DNA of 64,000 nucleotides, taken from assembly GCA_965222155.1 (NCBI GenBank), contig CBDCTH010000004.1:320001-384000 (forward strand). Reading direction: 5' to 3'. The translations under genes and the position numbers were made by a program. How positions within the stretch are numbered: position 1 is the first letter of the stretch; each line of letters opens with the position of its first letter. Source of the stretch: Gammaproteobacteria bacterium (GTDB lineage: Bacteria; Pseudomonadota; Gammaproteobacteria; Eutrophobiales; Eutrophobiaceae). The notes beneath the pieces are model-generated. The model was not told where the DNA came from, made no database searches, and worked only from the letters and a program-made list of their open reading frames with translations. Positions 1-10,138 of this stretch are shown one piece after another.

Positions 1-830
1 ATGGATACCATGACCCCCGCCTCCATGAGTTTGCGTAGAGGGTGTGCGCGGATGGATGGAACAGAGTTGGTGAGCCGGTTGCTGGTGGGGCAGAGTTCGA
101 GCAATACATTTTTCCGTTTAATAAAATTCATTACCTCAGGGTCGCGATATATGTAAATGCCGTGCCCAATTCGCTCGGCACCCAGTTCTTCAACGGCGAC
201 CCGCACATGCTGCGGCGCCTCAGGTACGTTTTCCTCTCCCGAATGCAGGGTAACGTGCAGGCCGGCTTGCTTTGCCTTTAGCATCAGCGGCGCAAAGCGC
301 CGGATGCCGAAACCGATATCCATGTCGGCCATGTCGATACCGACAAACGCCTCTTTGTGGTTAATAATAAAGTCGGTGGTGTAGGCGGCATCCTCCAGGG
401 ACAGGGTTTTCTGCACGATGCCGATGAGGCCGACGGCAAAATCCGGGCGCTTCGCCCGCGCAACACCACTGGTAATAGCCTCGTGGATCTTCTCGAAGCT
501 CAAGCGGGGATTGGCGGCGCGGATAAAGTCCGGCGAATAGCGCAGTTCAAAGATCCTGATATTCTGCTCCACGCCGTACTCGCAGGCCTCGTAAGCCAGG
601 CGTTCGATGGTTTCCTCCGAACCCCACAGCTTCTGAATATTGGCAAATTTCTTCAGCGCCAGTTCCAGGTTGTCCACCGGTTCGGTGATCAACCATTCCT
701 GTCTGAATACGCCGGGGTCGTCAGGGATATCCAGGCGCAGCGTCTGTCCGATCTCTTTCACGGTTTGCGGCTGAAAACAGGCTTCCAGGTGACAATGGAG
801 TTCTACTTTCGGGATGTTTTTGCTGTCCAT
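1..830 (-). CDS. add: Adenosine deaminase (partial, runs off the window edge)
   Basis: Manual minus-strand translation from ATG 830: MDSKNIPKVELHCHLEA...ELRYSP...TLHSGE...AERIGHG...ELCPTSN. Missing from the ORF track because its stop lies outside the window. Confidence 0.9.
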   Translation of the reverse strand, partial: MDSKNIPKVELHCHLEACFQPQTVKEIGQTLRLDIPDDPGVFRQEWLITEPVDNLELALKKFANIQKLWGSEETIERLAYEACEYGVEQNIRIFELRYSPDFIRAANPRLSFEKIHEAITSGVARAKRPDFAVGLIGIVQKTLSLEDAAYTTDFIINHKEAFVGIDMADMDIGFGIRRFAPLMLKAKQAGLHVTLHSGEENVPEAPQHVRVAVEELGAERIGHGIYIYRDPEVMNFIKRKNVLLELCPTSNRLTNSVPSIRAHPLRKLMEAGVMVS

Positions 831-891
831 GATTGAATACTAATAGCTCAACCGGATTGCTACAACAGCGGGTTTTGTTAAACTACTTCCA

Positions 892-1755
892 ATGCACGAG
901 ATCATTGCCATCATCTTCGATTTTGACGACACCCTGGCGCCGGACAGCACCTCGGGTTACCTGGGCCGGTGCGGCATCGACGTGCCCCGTTTCTGGAAGG
1001 AAGAAATAAAGGCGTTGACGGAAACAAAGTCCGCCGCGGAAGAATGGGACCCGGTGCCCGCGTATCTCTACAAGATGATTGAGAAATCCGCCACCGGACA
1101 GGTTGAACCCATAACCCGGGAAAGCCTGGCCCGCTGGGGCAGGGAACTCCCCCTGTATCCGGGGGTTGAAACGATATTCGATCGTTTGCGAAGTGTTGCC
1201 GCCGCGGTGAACCCCCGGGTCACGCTGGAATACTACGTGGTCAGTTCCGGTATCGGCGAGGTGTTGCGGAATACGTCCATCGCCCATGAATTCAGGGAGA
1301 TCTGGGCCTCGGATTTTGCCTACGATGACGGGGGGTGGATTAAATTTCCCCGCAAGATAATCAGTTTCACCGATAAGACCCGGTATATTTTTCATGTCCA
1401 GAAAGGGATTTTCGGTCCGGAGTTCATCGGCAAACCGTTTGAAGTCAACCGCAAGGTCGATCCCGCAAAGGTAAGGGTGCCGCTCAACCGGATGATCATG
1501 GTGGGAGACGGTTTTACCGATATACCCTGTTTCTCCCTGGTGCGCCAGGGGCAGGGTATCGCCATCGGCGTGTACGGTGATTCTGAAGATCGTGAAAAAC
1601 GCAGCAAAGCCTGGGGGTTTATCGAAGATGGCCGCGTGTCGAACCTGGTGCGGGCGGACTATTCCGAAAAATCCGCGCTCAGTGATTCCCTGGTCATGGC
1701 GGTGGAGCACCTGGCAAATCGCATCTCACTGTACGACCACATCTACCAGGGGTGA
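892..1755 (+). CDS. HAD-superfamily hydrolase
   Basis: IFDFDDTL motif I, VVSSG motif II, VGDGFTDIP motif IV. Confidence 0.85.
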   Translation: MHEIIAIIFDFDDTLAPDSTSGYLGRCGIDVPRFWKEEIKALTETKSAAEEWDPVPAYLYKMIEKSATGQVEPITRESLARWGRELPLYPGVETIFDRLRSVAAAVNPRVTLEYYVVSSGIGEVLRNTSIAHEFREIWASDFAYDDGGWIKFPRKIISFTDKTRYIFHVQKGIFGPEFIGKPFEVNRKVDPAKVRVPLNRMIMVGDGFTDIPCFSLVRQGQGIAIGVYGDSEDREKRSKAWGFIEDGRVSNLVRADYSEKSALSDSLVMAVEHLANRISLYDHIYQG

Positions 1756-1821
1756 AGCAGAGGCAGGCTCCGGCGCCGTTCCGGCGAAAGCCTGCCGCCT
1801 TCATGCCGGCGCAACGCGTTT

Positions 1822-2712
1822 CACCATACTGGGCTTGACCCGGTATCCATAGCGATACCCCCCCATCACCATTCCGGGCCTGACCCGGTATCCATAGCGA
1901 TACCCCCCCATCACCATTCCGGGCCTGACCCGGCATCCATAGCGATACCACCCCCCCTCACCATTCCGGGCCTGACCCGGTATCCATAGCGATACCACCC
2001 CCCCTCACCATTCCGGGCCTGACCCGGAATCCATAGCGATACCACCCCCCCTCACCATTCCGGGCCTGACCCGGAATCCATAGCGATACCACCCCCCCTC
2101 ACCATTCCGGGCCTGACCCGGAATCCATAGCGATACCACCCCCCCTCACCATTCCGGGCTTGACCCGGTATCCATAGCGATACCACCCCCCCTCACCATT
2201 CCGGGCTTGACCCGGAATCCATAGCGATACCACCCCCCCTCACCATTCCGGGCTTAACCCGGAATCCATGGCGATATCACCCCCCCCCTCACCATTCCGG
2301 GCTTGACCCGGAATCCATAGCGATACCACCCCCCATCACCATTCCGGGCTTGACCCGGTATCCATAGCGATACCACCCCCCATCACCATTCCGGGCTTGA
2401 CCCGGAATCCATAGCGATACCACCCCCCCTCACTATTCCGGGCTTGACCCGGAATCCATGGCGATACCACCCCCGACTGGATTCCTGCCCCTGCTCAACA
2501 GCATACAGGGGTAAACTTTCGCAGGAGGTGAGAGGAACACGCCTGGCATATCAGGAGTTATCCCCCTCACCATTCCGGGCTTGACCCGGAATCCATGACG
2601 ATATCACCCCCCATCACCATTCCGGGCTTGACCCGGAATCCATGGCGATATCACCTCCGACTGGATTCCTGCCCCTGCTCAACAGCATACAGGGGTAAAC
2701 TTTCGCAGGAAT
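1822..2712. repeat. Tandem array of ~16 REP-like ~47-bp units plus two copies of a composite tail
   Basis: Unit CACCATTCCGGGC(C/T)TGACCCGG(A/T)ATCCATAGCGATACCACCCCCCCT, with internal hairpin ATTCCGGG..CCCGGAAT; lies between convergent genes. Confidence 0.95.
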
Positions 2713-2787
2713 GGTATGTCGAATTTCAGGGCTGGCTCACAGTCCTACGGGGTAGAATCCGAAAGTATGATCTTGCTCTGGCTGCTT

Positions 2788-4872
2788 TTATTTCAGGGCC
2801 TGCTGCAACTCACCCAGCTCCGAGATCGGTTCCAGGCAGGTAAAGCCCGTGCAGACAAACGCCGTGGCCGCCTGGTCCGTCCTTTTCTCGTTGATCAGGT
2901 CCGGCAGGCCCTGTTCCGTGGACGGGATGGCGAAGACCAGGGAGCGCAGGTCCAGCAAGGGTTCCACCTGTCTTTGCCAGGCGCCGATGGTCTCCTCATC
3001 GCCGCGCAGGATAATCACCCGCCTGGGATCGTCGTATTCCAGTAACGCCGTCAGCAGGGCTGCACAGGCATGGGGCATGCGTTGCAGCAGGCCCCAGGCA
3101 GCCTTCAGGGTTTTCTCTGCGGCCTCCAGGTAATCCTGCCTGCCGGTCAGGTGTCCGAGGTTGAGCAGGGCCAGCGCCGCCATGCCGTTGCCGGAGGGCA
3201 ACGAGTCATCCGTGAAGTCCTTACGCCGTTGCAGCAGAGTCTCGTGGTCGTGTGAGGTGAAAAAGAAACCGCCGCCGTCGGCATCATAAAACTGCTCAAG
3301 CAGAGTATCGGCCAGTTGCATGGCGAAGCCCAGCCACTTGCCCGACCACCGGTACGAAAGTATGTGGATAATAGCGTCGATCAGGAAGGCGTAGTCATCC
3401 AGGTAGGCGTTCAGGTGTGCCCTGCCGTCCTTGCAGGTAGCCGCCAGCCTGTTCCCGTCCCAGAGCCGGGCGTGGATGAACTCAAGACAGCGCAGCGCCG
3501 ACCGGTAATAGTCAGGTTCTTCCAGGCGCATTGCCGCGATGCTCATACCCTTCAGCATCAGGGCATTCCAGGACGTCAGGATTTTATCATCGAGGCCGGG
3601 GTGTATCCGTTGTTCCCTCTCCCGGAACAGTTTTTCCCTGGCGCTTTGCAGGTGTTGTTGTATTTCGCCGGGGTCCCGGCCGTCGGCGCGGGCGATCTCT
3701 TCCGGGCTTTGCGCCACGTAGAGATGCCAGCGGCCTTCAAAGTTATCGGGTTTATCCAGGCCGGAATAGCGCGCGAAATCATCGAATTCGGCCTCGTTCA
3801 ACAGCCGATGCACCTCACCCGGCTCCCAGGTGTAAAACTTCCCTTCTTCCCCCTCCGAATCCGCGTCCAGGGAAGAGAAAAAGCCGCCTTCCCCGGATTG
3901 CATCTCGCGCATCACCCAGGCAGCCGTGCCCCGGGCAGCCTGCCTGAAAAGCTCGCGCCGGCTGATGCGCCAGGCATTGGCGTATAACCCCAGCAAAGGG
4001 CCGTTGTCGTACAGCATTTTTTCAAAATGCGGGATGTTCCAGCGGGAGTCCACGGAATAACGGCAAAAACCACCGCCGACATGATCGTAAATGCCGCCTT
4101 CAGCCATCTTCTCCAGGGTAAAACATGCCATATCAAGAGGGTCGGTATCCGCCGTCCGGGCATACTGGTGGAGCAATAACTCCAGGTTGACCGGGTGGGG
4201 AAATTTCGGCGCCCCGCCGAAGCCGCCATCACGCCGGTCAAAGGAGCCCGCCAGTTGCTCGACGCAATGATCCACCGGACCGGTGTCGAGGGTCGTTCCC
4301 GCAGCGGCAGGTCCGCTTGTTTGAGTCTGTTCCAACGCCTTGATGAATGCCGTGTTCTGCTCCGTCAGGGCAGGCTTCTCTTCCTGGTAAACCTGGTGAA
4401 TCCTGGCCAGCAGGGTCCTGAAACCGGGTAGGCCGTGGCGTGGTTCCGGCGGGAAGTAGGTGCCGCCGAAGAACGGCGTCTGATCTTCGGGCATCAGGAA
4501 CATCGTCAGCGGCCAGCCGCCGGTACGCCCCGACAGCAGTTGTTGCGCGGTCTGGTAGATCTTGTCGATATCGGGCCGCTCTTCCCGATCCACCTTGATA
4601 TTGATGAAATAGCAGTTCATCAAGTCTGCGGTTTCCTGGTCTTCAAAAGACTCGTGCGCCATGACGTGACACCAGTGGCAGGCCGAATAACCGACGGACA
4701 GCAATATGGGTTTCCCCTCAGTCCTGGCAAGCTCCAGCGCCTCATCGTTCCAGGGATGCCAGTCAACCGGATTGTTGGCATGCTGCAACAGGTAAGGACT
4801 GGTTTCGTCAGCAAGCGCGTTGGGCTGAAAGGACTTATCGGTCATCCAAACATTATCCGCCAATATCCACAA
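2788..4872 (-). CDS. Thioredoxin-domain protein, YyaL/SSP411 (DUF255) family
   Basis: [53 protein letters not shown]. Confidence 0.92.
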   Translation of the reverse strand: MWILADNVWMTDKSFQPNALADETSPYLLQHANNPVDWHPWNDEALELARTEGKPILLSVGYSACHWCHVMAHESFEDQETADLMNCYFINIKVDREERPDIDKIYQTAQQLLSGRTGGWPLTMFLMPEDQTPFFGGTYFPPEPRHGLPGFRTLLARIHQVYQEEKPALTEQNTAFIKALEQTQTSGPAAAGTTLDTGPVDHCVEQLAGSFDRRDGGFGGAPKFPHPVNLELLLHQYARTADTDPLDMACFTLEKMAEGGIYDHVGGGFCRYSVDSRWNIPHFEKMLYDNGPLLGLYANAWRISRRELFRQAARGTAAWVMREMQSGEGGFFSSLDADSEGEEGKFYTWEPGEVHRLLNEAEFDDFARYSGLDKPDNFEGRWHLYVAQSPEEIARADGRDPGEIQQHLQSAREKLFREREQRIHPGLDDKILTSWNALMLKGMSIAAMRLEEPDYYRSALRCLEFIHARLWDGNRLAATCKDGRAHLNAYLDDYAFLIDAIIHILSYRWSGKWLGFAMQLADTLLEQFYDADGGGFFFTSHDHETLLQRRKDFTDDSLPSGNGMAALALLNLGHLTGRQDYLEAAEKTLKAAWGLLQRMPHACAALLTALLEYDDPRRVIILRGDEETIGAWQRQVEPLLDLRSLVFAIPSTEQGLPDLINEKRTDQAATAFVCTGFTCLEPISELGELQQALK

Positions 4873-4895
4873 AGAGGACAGACCTAATTTGGCCT

Positions 4896-5011
4896 AATTT
4901 GGGACACCCATAAATTAGTAACCCAATTTGGGACACCCATAAATTAGTAACCCAATTTGGGACACCCATAAATCTGAAGGACCTAGATTTAATTTAGGAC
5001 ATCCATAAATC
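4896..5011. repeat. 29-bp tandem repeat (~2.7 copies plus one degenerate) carrying the GGGACACCCATAAAT motif
   Basis: AATTTGGGACACCCATAAATTAGTAACCC at 4896 and 4925, partial at 4954; same core as the 59834-60434 array. Confidence 0.85.
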
Positions 5012-5075
5012 TCGATTGGATTCCCGCTCCTCCTCATCTCGCGTGGAATTACTGTTATAATTCAAAAGTTAATAA

Positions 5076-5152
5076 GCGCCTGTAGCTCAGTTGGATAGAG
5101 TGCTGCCCTCCGAAGGCAGAAGTCACAGGTTCGAATCCTGTCAGGCGCGCCA
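5076..5152 (+). tRNA. tRNA-Arg (CCG)
   Basis: GCGCCTG acceptor stem, TAGCTCAGTTGGATAGAG D arm, CTGCC-CTCCGAA-GGCAG anticodon arm, GGTTCGAATCC T loop, 3' CCA. Confidence 0.97.
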
Positions 5153-5285
5153 TTTTTACAAGGGGCCGTAGCGAGGACATCGTTTACAGTTTATACCGGG
5201 GACATAGGGTGCTTTGCTGCAGGTTGATTTGGAATTGTTATGCTAAAATGAGACAGGTTTTTTTCTGAAATACAGGAATATTCAT

Positions 5286-5507
5286 ATGCAAATACAATTT
5301 GCGACACGCATCGAGAGCAAAATCAAACGAGCGGTAGAGAAGGTATGTGAGTCGCGGGGGCTGAAGATAAACCGATTTATCGAAGATGCACTTATCGATA
5401 AGCTGGAGGAACTGGAGGATATTGAGGATCTGAAAAGAATCCGGCGCGAGCCAAGCAAACCATTTGAAAAAGTTTTAAAGGACTTAAAACTCAGTGGCGA
5501 ACTATAA
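5286..5507 (+). CDS. Putative antitoxin (RHH-like) of a type II TA pair
   Basis: 73 aa, acidic C-terminus, overlaps the downstream RelE-like gene. Confidence 0.7.
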   Translation: MQIQFATRIESKIKRAVEKVCESRGLKINRFIEDALIDKLEELEDIEDLKRIRREPSKPFEKVLKDLKLSGEL

Positions 5508-5754
5508 GATTGAAATATCAGCAACTGCAGAGAAACAGATTCGGAAGTTAAAAAAACAGGATCAACTCCGCGTTCTACGTACCATTCGAAACCTCGCACA
5601 GACACCTTACCCTGAAGGTTGCCGCAAATTACACGGATATCAAAATGTGTTTCGTCTCAGGGAAGGAAGTTACCGTATCATCTATGGTGTAGAAACAAAC
5701 CGGCTTTTGGTCATTATACTTAAGGTTGGACATAGGAAAGATGTGTACAGATAA
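5494..5754 (+). CDS. RelE/ParE-family toxin
   Basis: YKIEISATAEKQIRKL...GCRKLHG...FRLREGSYRIIY...KVGHRKDVYR. Confidence 0.88.
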   Translation: MANYKIEISATAEKQIRKLKKQDQLRVLRTIRNLAQTPYPEGCRKLHGYQNVFRLREGSYRIIYGVETNRLLVIILKVGHRKDVYR

Positions 5755-5903
5755 AAGATTTAGTGAAGGAAAGATTATTGTGAAACCCATAATCCAGAGT
5801 GCGGAGACGATATAATTTGAAAGAACTGGTCTCCAAGATACCGGAAAGATACCAGGTTAAGGAAACAGACTGGGGACCGCCGGTTGGCAAGGAAGTATGG
5901 TAG

Positions 5904-6689
5904 ATGTTGACTTTCCCGAATATAGACCCCGTTGCCGTAGACCTGGGTTTCCTGCAGATCCGCTGGTACGGGATCAGCTATATCGCAGGCATCCTGGGGG
6001 CCTGGGCGCTGTTGCATTACCGGGCGAAGTCGGGGCGCTTCGGCTGGACAACCGAACAGGTTGCAGACCTCATTTTTTACGGGATCCTGGGAGTCATCCT
6101 GGGCGGCCGGCTGGGTTCGGTGCTGTTTTACAACCTGCCCTACTACCTGGATCACCCGCTCGACGTAATCAAGGTCTGGCAGGGCGGCATGTCGTTCCAC
6201 GGCGGGCTGCTCGGGGTCATCATCGCCGTCTGGCTCTATGGCCGCAAGATCAATAAGGCATTCTTCGAGGCCACCGATTTCCTGGCGCCCGTGGTACCCG
6301 TTGGTCTGGTTACCGGCCGCATCGGCAATTTTATCAATGCGGAACTGTGGGGCAAACCGGCAGACCTGCCTTGGGCAATGGTATTCCCCAATGCCGGCGC
6401 ACTGCCGAGACACCCGTCCCAGTTATATGAGGCATTCCTGGAGGGGCTGTGCCTGTTCATTATCCTCTGGTGGTTCTCCACCCGCCCCCGCCCTCTGATG
6501 GCCGTCTCCGCGCTGTTCCTGCTGTTCTACGGCCTGTTCCGCTTTGCCGTGGAATTCATGCGTGAGCCGGACGCCCATCTCGGCTACCTCGGTTTCGGCT
6601 GGCTGACCATGGGGCAGGTTTTATCGTTGCCTATGATACTGACAGGTATAGTATTATGCGGCATAGCGTATGGCAGGTTCAGAACATGA
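5904..6689 (+). CDS. lgt: Prolipoprotein diacylglyceryl transferase
   Basis: [39 protein letters not shown]; stop overlaps the thyA start (ATGA). Confidence 0.97.
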   Translation: MLTFPNIDPVAVDLGFLQIRWYGISYIAGILGAWALLHYRAKSGRFGWTTEQVADLIFYGILGVILGGRLGSVLFYNLPYYLDHPLDVIKVWQGGMSFHGGLLGVIIAVWLYGRKINKAFFEATDFLAPVVPVGLVTGRIGNFINAELWGKPADLPWAMVFPNAGALPRHPSQLYEAFLEGLCLFIILWWFSTRPRPLMAVSALFLLFYGLFRFAVEFMREPDAHLGYLGFGWLTMGQVLSLPMILTGIVLCGIAYGRFRT

Positions 6690-7207
6690 AACAATACCTG
6701 GACCTGTTACGCCACGTGCGCAATGAAGGCGCACCGAAATCCGACCGTACCGGCACCGGCACCCTCAGCGTTTTCGGCTACCAGATGCGCTTCGACCTGG
6801 GCCGGAATTTCCCGGCGCTGACCACCAAGAAACTGCATTTCAAATCCATCATCCATGAGTTGCTATGGTTTCTGCGAGGGGAATCGAACATCCGTTACCT
6901 GCGCGACAACGGCGTCACCATCTGGGATGAGTGGGCTGATGAAAACGGCGAACTGGGGCCGGTCTACGGCGTACAATGGCGCTCCTGGCCCACGGCCGAC
7001 GGCGCAGCCATAGACCAGATTGCCGACGTGGTGGAACAGCTCAAGGCCAACCCCGACTCGCGGCGCCTGATCGTCAGCGCCTGGAACCCGGGAGAGATAG
7101 ACAAAATGGCCCTTGCGCCCTGTCATGCCTTCTTCCAGTTCTACGTGAATGACGGCGCTCTGTCCTGCCAGATGTACCAGCGCAGCGCAGACGTTTTCCT
7201 GGGGGTC
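6686..7207 (+). pseudogene. thyA: Host thymidylate synthase, 5' part (codons 1-174), interrupted by the integrative element
   Basis: MKQYLDLL...DRTGTGT...GPVYGVQWR...MALAPCH...[11 protein letters not shown], then an abrupt switch to AT-rich non-ThyA sequence. Confidence 0.95.
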
Positions 7208-7317
7208 TCCCTTTTTAGTAACTATATGATCGCTTCGATAACTCGTTTTGTTAACTATTACTTATTGAAAACACTAAGATTTTTTACAAAGCATTTTGTG
7301 CTACTTAATTTGTATCA

Positions 7318-7379
7318 CTTCGCGCAATAAAAAGACGCGCTTTCAACACGAAATTCCCGACTTTGATTTGGGGAAAACA
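7318..7379 (+). repeat. 62-bp left-end segment, copy 1 (identical to 12534-12595)
   Basis: CTTCGCGCAATAAAAAGACGCGCTTTCAACACGAAATTCCCGACTTTGATTTGGGGAAAACA. Confidence 0.92.
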
Positions 7380-7389
7380 TGTAGGTGAA

Positions 7390-7528
7390 CAAATAGGTTT
7401 GTAACTAAGTGAGCTTGTAACCAGCACTCTGCTGTTTCCTACGCGCGCTTTTCAAGAATTAAGTTTGTAACCAATTCATCTTTGTGCGTTTCTAGCGACG
7501 AAATAATAACCAAATAAGTTTGTAACTA
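7390..7528 (+). repeat. Iteron-like direct repeats (TTGTAAC core x4)
   Basis: CAAATA(G/A)GTTTGTAACTA at 7390 and 7511; GCTTGTAACC at 7413; AAGTTTGTAACC at 7461. Confidence 0.55.
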
Positions 7529-7570
7529 GAGAACGACTTCAATAACGCTCAGGCGATTGCTGAAACCGTC

Positions 7571-7728
7571 GGGCAGCATGCCTTGTCTTTGAACATCGTC
7601 GCCTGCTGGAACCCATTTGTAAAGTGCCATCGGCCGAGTTTGAAAATATGTACTACGATAAGATTGACATTTACTGCAAATCTGAATGACTCAAACTAAC
7701 GGGCCTCCGGAATTCCCGGGGCGGTTCA
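7571..7728 (+). mobile_element. IS3-family remnant (right end of an internally deleted element)
   Basis: Ends CCGGGGCGGTTCA; homologous to the 3' part of 28489-28757. Confidence 0.75.
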
Positions 7729-8588
7729 CCGATCTCGTCAGGATTCAGGTCCGGCAGTAGACACCGATCCGTTTGCCTGTTGTCTGGAAGCCTGGGTAAC
7801 CAACACGCGAGGCGTGTCCAGGCATGCCGGGCCCAGGAGGAGAGCGCCAACGCATCCTCGGGCTTTAGAGCCTCGCCTATTGCCACCTCCAGCTCGTACC
7901 AGGACAGGCCAGTCCGTTCGTCCAGTGAGGGGGACCCACTAAATCAATCCACCCGTTAAGTGAATTTCTGGCAAGTGTAACCCCTGAGACGCCATCACGA
8001 AACGAGACGTCAACCGCGTATGCCGAGTTTTTATCCAGCAGACGGCAAACGTGGCTGCAGGTTCGAATACACTGATAATCGGCCGTGGCGGTGGCAAGCC
8101 TCTGAGAAGACTGACGGAAAAAGAGGAAGAGGAAAGCTGGATAAGGTAAGTGCCGTCATCTCCGGCCGGCGCCGTTCCAGTGCCGACGCCGGCTTCGTTT
8201 TTCCTTGCCAAACTCGATTTTTCCTAATCCTTATTTTTTCCGGAGTTCTAGTCTCTACTAGTCTCCACATACTTGACCGCTTCCAGCCAATCATCGGCCG
8301 TGATTCACTGTTTATCGCCTTTTGTCTTTGCAGGCTTATCTGCTGTTGCATTGTTTTCGACCAGCGCTTGCGTCGTCACTGGTTATTCTGCCGGTTCATC
8401 GTCTCTAGTAACGTCCGGTCTTGATTACGCTTCCCAGATAAAACCTTTATCCCTGAGCTCGGGGCGCAATAAGGCAAACTCTTTCCGGATGCACTTGAGC
8501 ATGTCAGCAATGTCCAACCCGTTATTTCGTCCCGTGTTTCAAATACTCCGTCCTTGGATGTTTCACTTCTTCATTGTCCGGGTTAATG

Positions 8589-9524
8589 CTATTGGGGCAA
8601 CAATACAAGACGATCATGTAGCAATTTAGAATTCAGCCCAGGCATGACAGCCTGAACTTGCTTAAATGCACGCCCAAATGCCTGCTGGAATTTATGACGG
8701 TCTTTTTTGTTATTCATATAGCCGAAGCCGAACTGTAACTGGAGATGCTCCCAAGTGATATATGTCTCTTTTTGAAGATAACTCAAGCGGTGGTTTATCC
8801 AGAGGTAGATATCAATAGCCAGGGAGGACGTTGATAACGCGCGCAAAGCACATATATCAATGGGAACATGATGCTGTATCACCTCGTTGTATAGAGTATC
8901 TTCGATTGTAATTGTGGATATATCTTTGTCGTCATCGTCAAATTCAAACAAATCGCGAAAATCACCAAAAACCGGGTCATCAATAGGAATAGGTATGACA
9001 TTTGATGTACTTGTGTCACCAACCACGCCTTTTTGCAGCAACCTAATCCTTGAACATACCTTGCTAAATTGCGTCATACGTTTATCAAATGGGCCGTGAT
9101 AACACATTCCGATGGTCACCCGGAATAAACCCACAGCCTGTCTCCTTACCGGTATATACGTATCCCATTGTTCTGTGGCCGGCAATACGCCAAGCGTGCA
9201 AAGAAAATCAGACAGGCCATCCCCCAATTCAAGTTTACGATTACGGGTCATGGCTGCTTCATGTATCATCCATGCGAACACAAGACGAGGAATCGGCCCA
9301 TAAGGCGGGCTGCAACCGGGTGTATCAAGAATGGAAATCTGGTATTTTCCAAATTTCCGCTGATATCTGATATCTTCTTGTTTGCATGCAGGCAGCGCCG
9401 CTAGGACCAGTGCGCGGATTGCAAATGAATTTCCGGCATCTTCCCTGGTTTCAAAATCAAGAATCCGCTCACCCCCTCGTATGAGTTTCATTTGCTCCAG
9501 TGGCCGGGGTTGAATTGTCATCAT
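8589..9524 (-). CDS. Plasmid-type replication initiator, RepA (RepA_C-like)
   Basis: PYGPIPRLVFAW..EA...LELGDGLSDFL..LG and VPIDICALRAL..SSLAIDIYLWINHRL match the RepA_C pattern. Confidence 0.7.
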   Translation of the reverse strand: MMTIQPRPLEQMKLIRGGERILDFETREDAGNSFAIRALVLAALPACKQEDIRYQRKFGKYQISILDTPGCSPPYGPIPRLVFAWMIHEAAMTRNRKLELGDGLSDFLCTLGVLPATEQWDTYIPVRRQAVGLFRVTIGMCYHGPFDKRMTQFSKVCSRIRLLQKGVVGDTSTSNVIPIPIDDPVFGDFRDLFEFDDDDKDISTITIEDTLYNEVIQHHVPIDICALRALSTSSLAIDIYLWINHRLSYLQKETYITWEHLQLQFGFGYMNNKKDRHKFQQAFGRAFKQVQAVMPGLNSKLLHDRLVLLPQ

Positions 9525-10138
9525 AGTTATCCGATGAATGTCACATTACTATTGCGTATCGAATGACTGGGCCCATTCGTCTTTTTGACAACAAATTCCT
9601 AAAGACGTGAAGAAATTTTCCAGGAAACTACCCGTAAAAACGATTTTGCCTTTTCTCATTGTTCATCCCCTTCACATGTTTTTCCGGCAAAAAGGTGCCG
9701 GGCCATGTGACCATCACACAAAGAAAAGGTGAAGTCCTGCCTATTCGCCAGGACTCAGGGAGCTACCCCAAGTTAGGTTACAGGCTATTTTATTTAGCAG
9801 GGAACCCGACAGGGCAGGTTCTCTGTTGATGGCCACTGGTCGAAGTATAACAAAATGTCTGACTATAGTTTTGACATTTTGACATTGCAGATTAAAGAGT
9901 CAGTGATAAACGGTATCAGTAAAAAAATAGTTGTCATACTGGAATTCGTAATCGGATTACTACACTTCAAGACAGACTTATGCAGAAAAGACGAGATCCG
10001 ATATCTGTTTTCCAGCTCCTGCCTTACAAAATGTCCGGGAACGTTTCGACGAAAAGAAGGGGACAGACAGCTAAATTCCCGTTTTTTTCCAGAAATCTCT
10101 AAGTTAGATTGGCCCAGTTTTGTAGGACAAGGTTATTT

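Noticed and set aside
357-836. Plus-strand ORF of 159 aa and similar long antisense ORFs (e.g. 883-1710, 3316-3987, 57857-58651, 61591-62511)
   Set aside because: Shadows of well-supported genes on the opposite strand in GC-rich DNA.
1822-2712. 47-bp array as a CRISPR
   Set aside because: No unique spacers; the core matches REP-like motifs dispersed in the window.
5076-5210. tRNA-Arg as the island attachment site
   Set aside because: No duplicated tRNA 3' end was found; lgt and the thyA 5' half lie between the tRNA and the island, whose junctions map inside thyA.
7729-8588. Several short overlapping ORFs
   Set aside because: No recognisable motifs and conflicting frames; probably decayed sequence.
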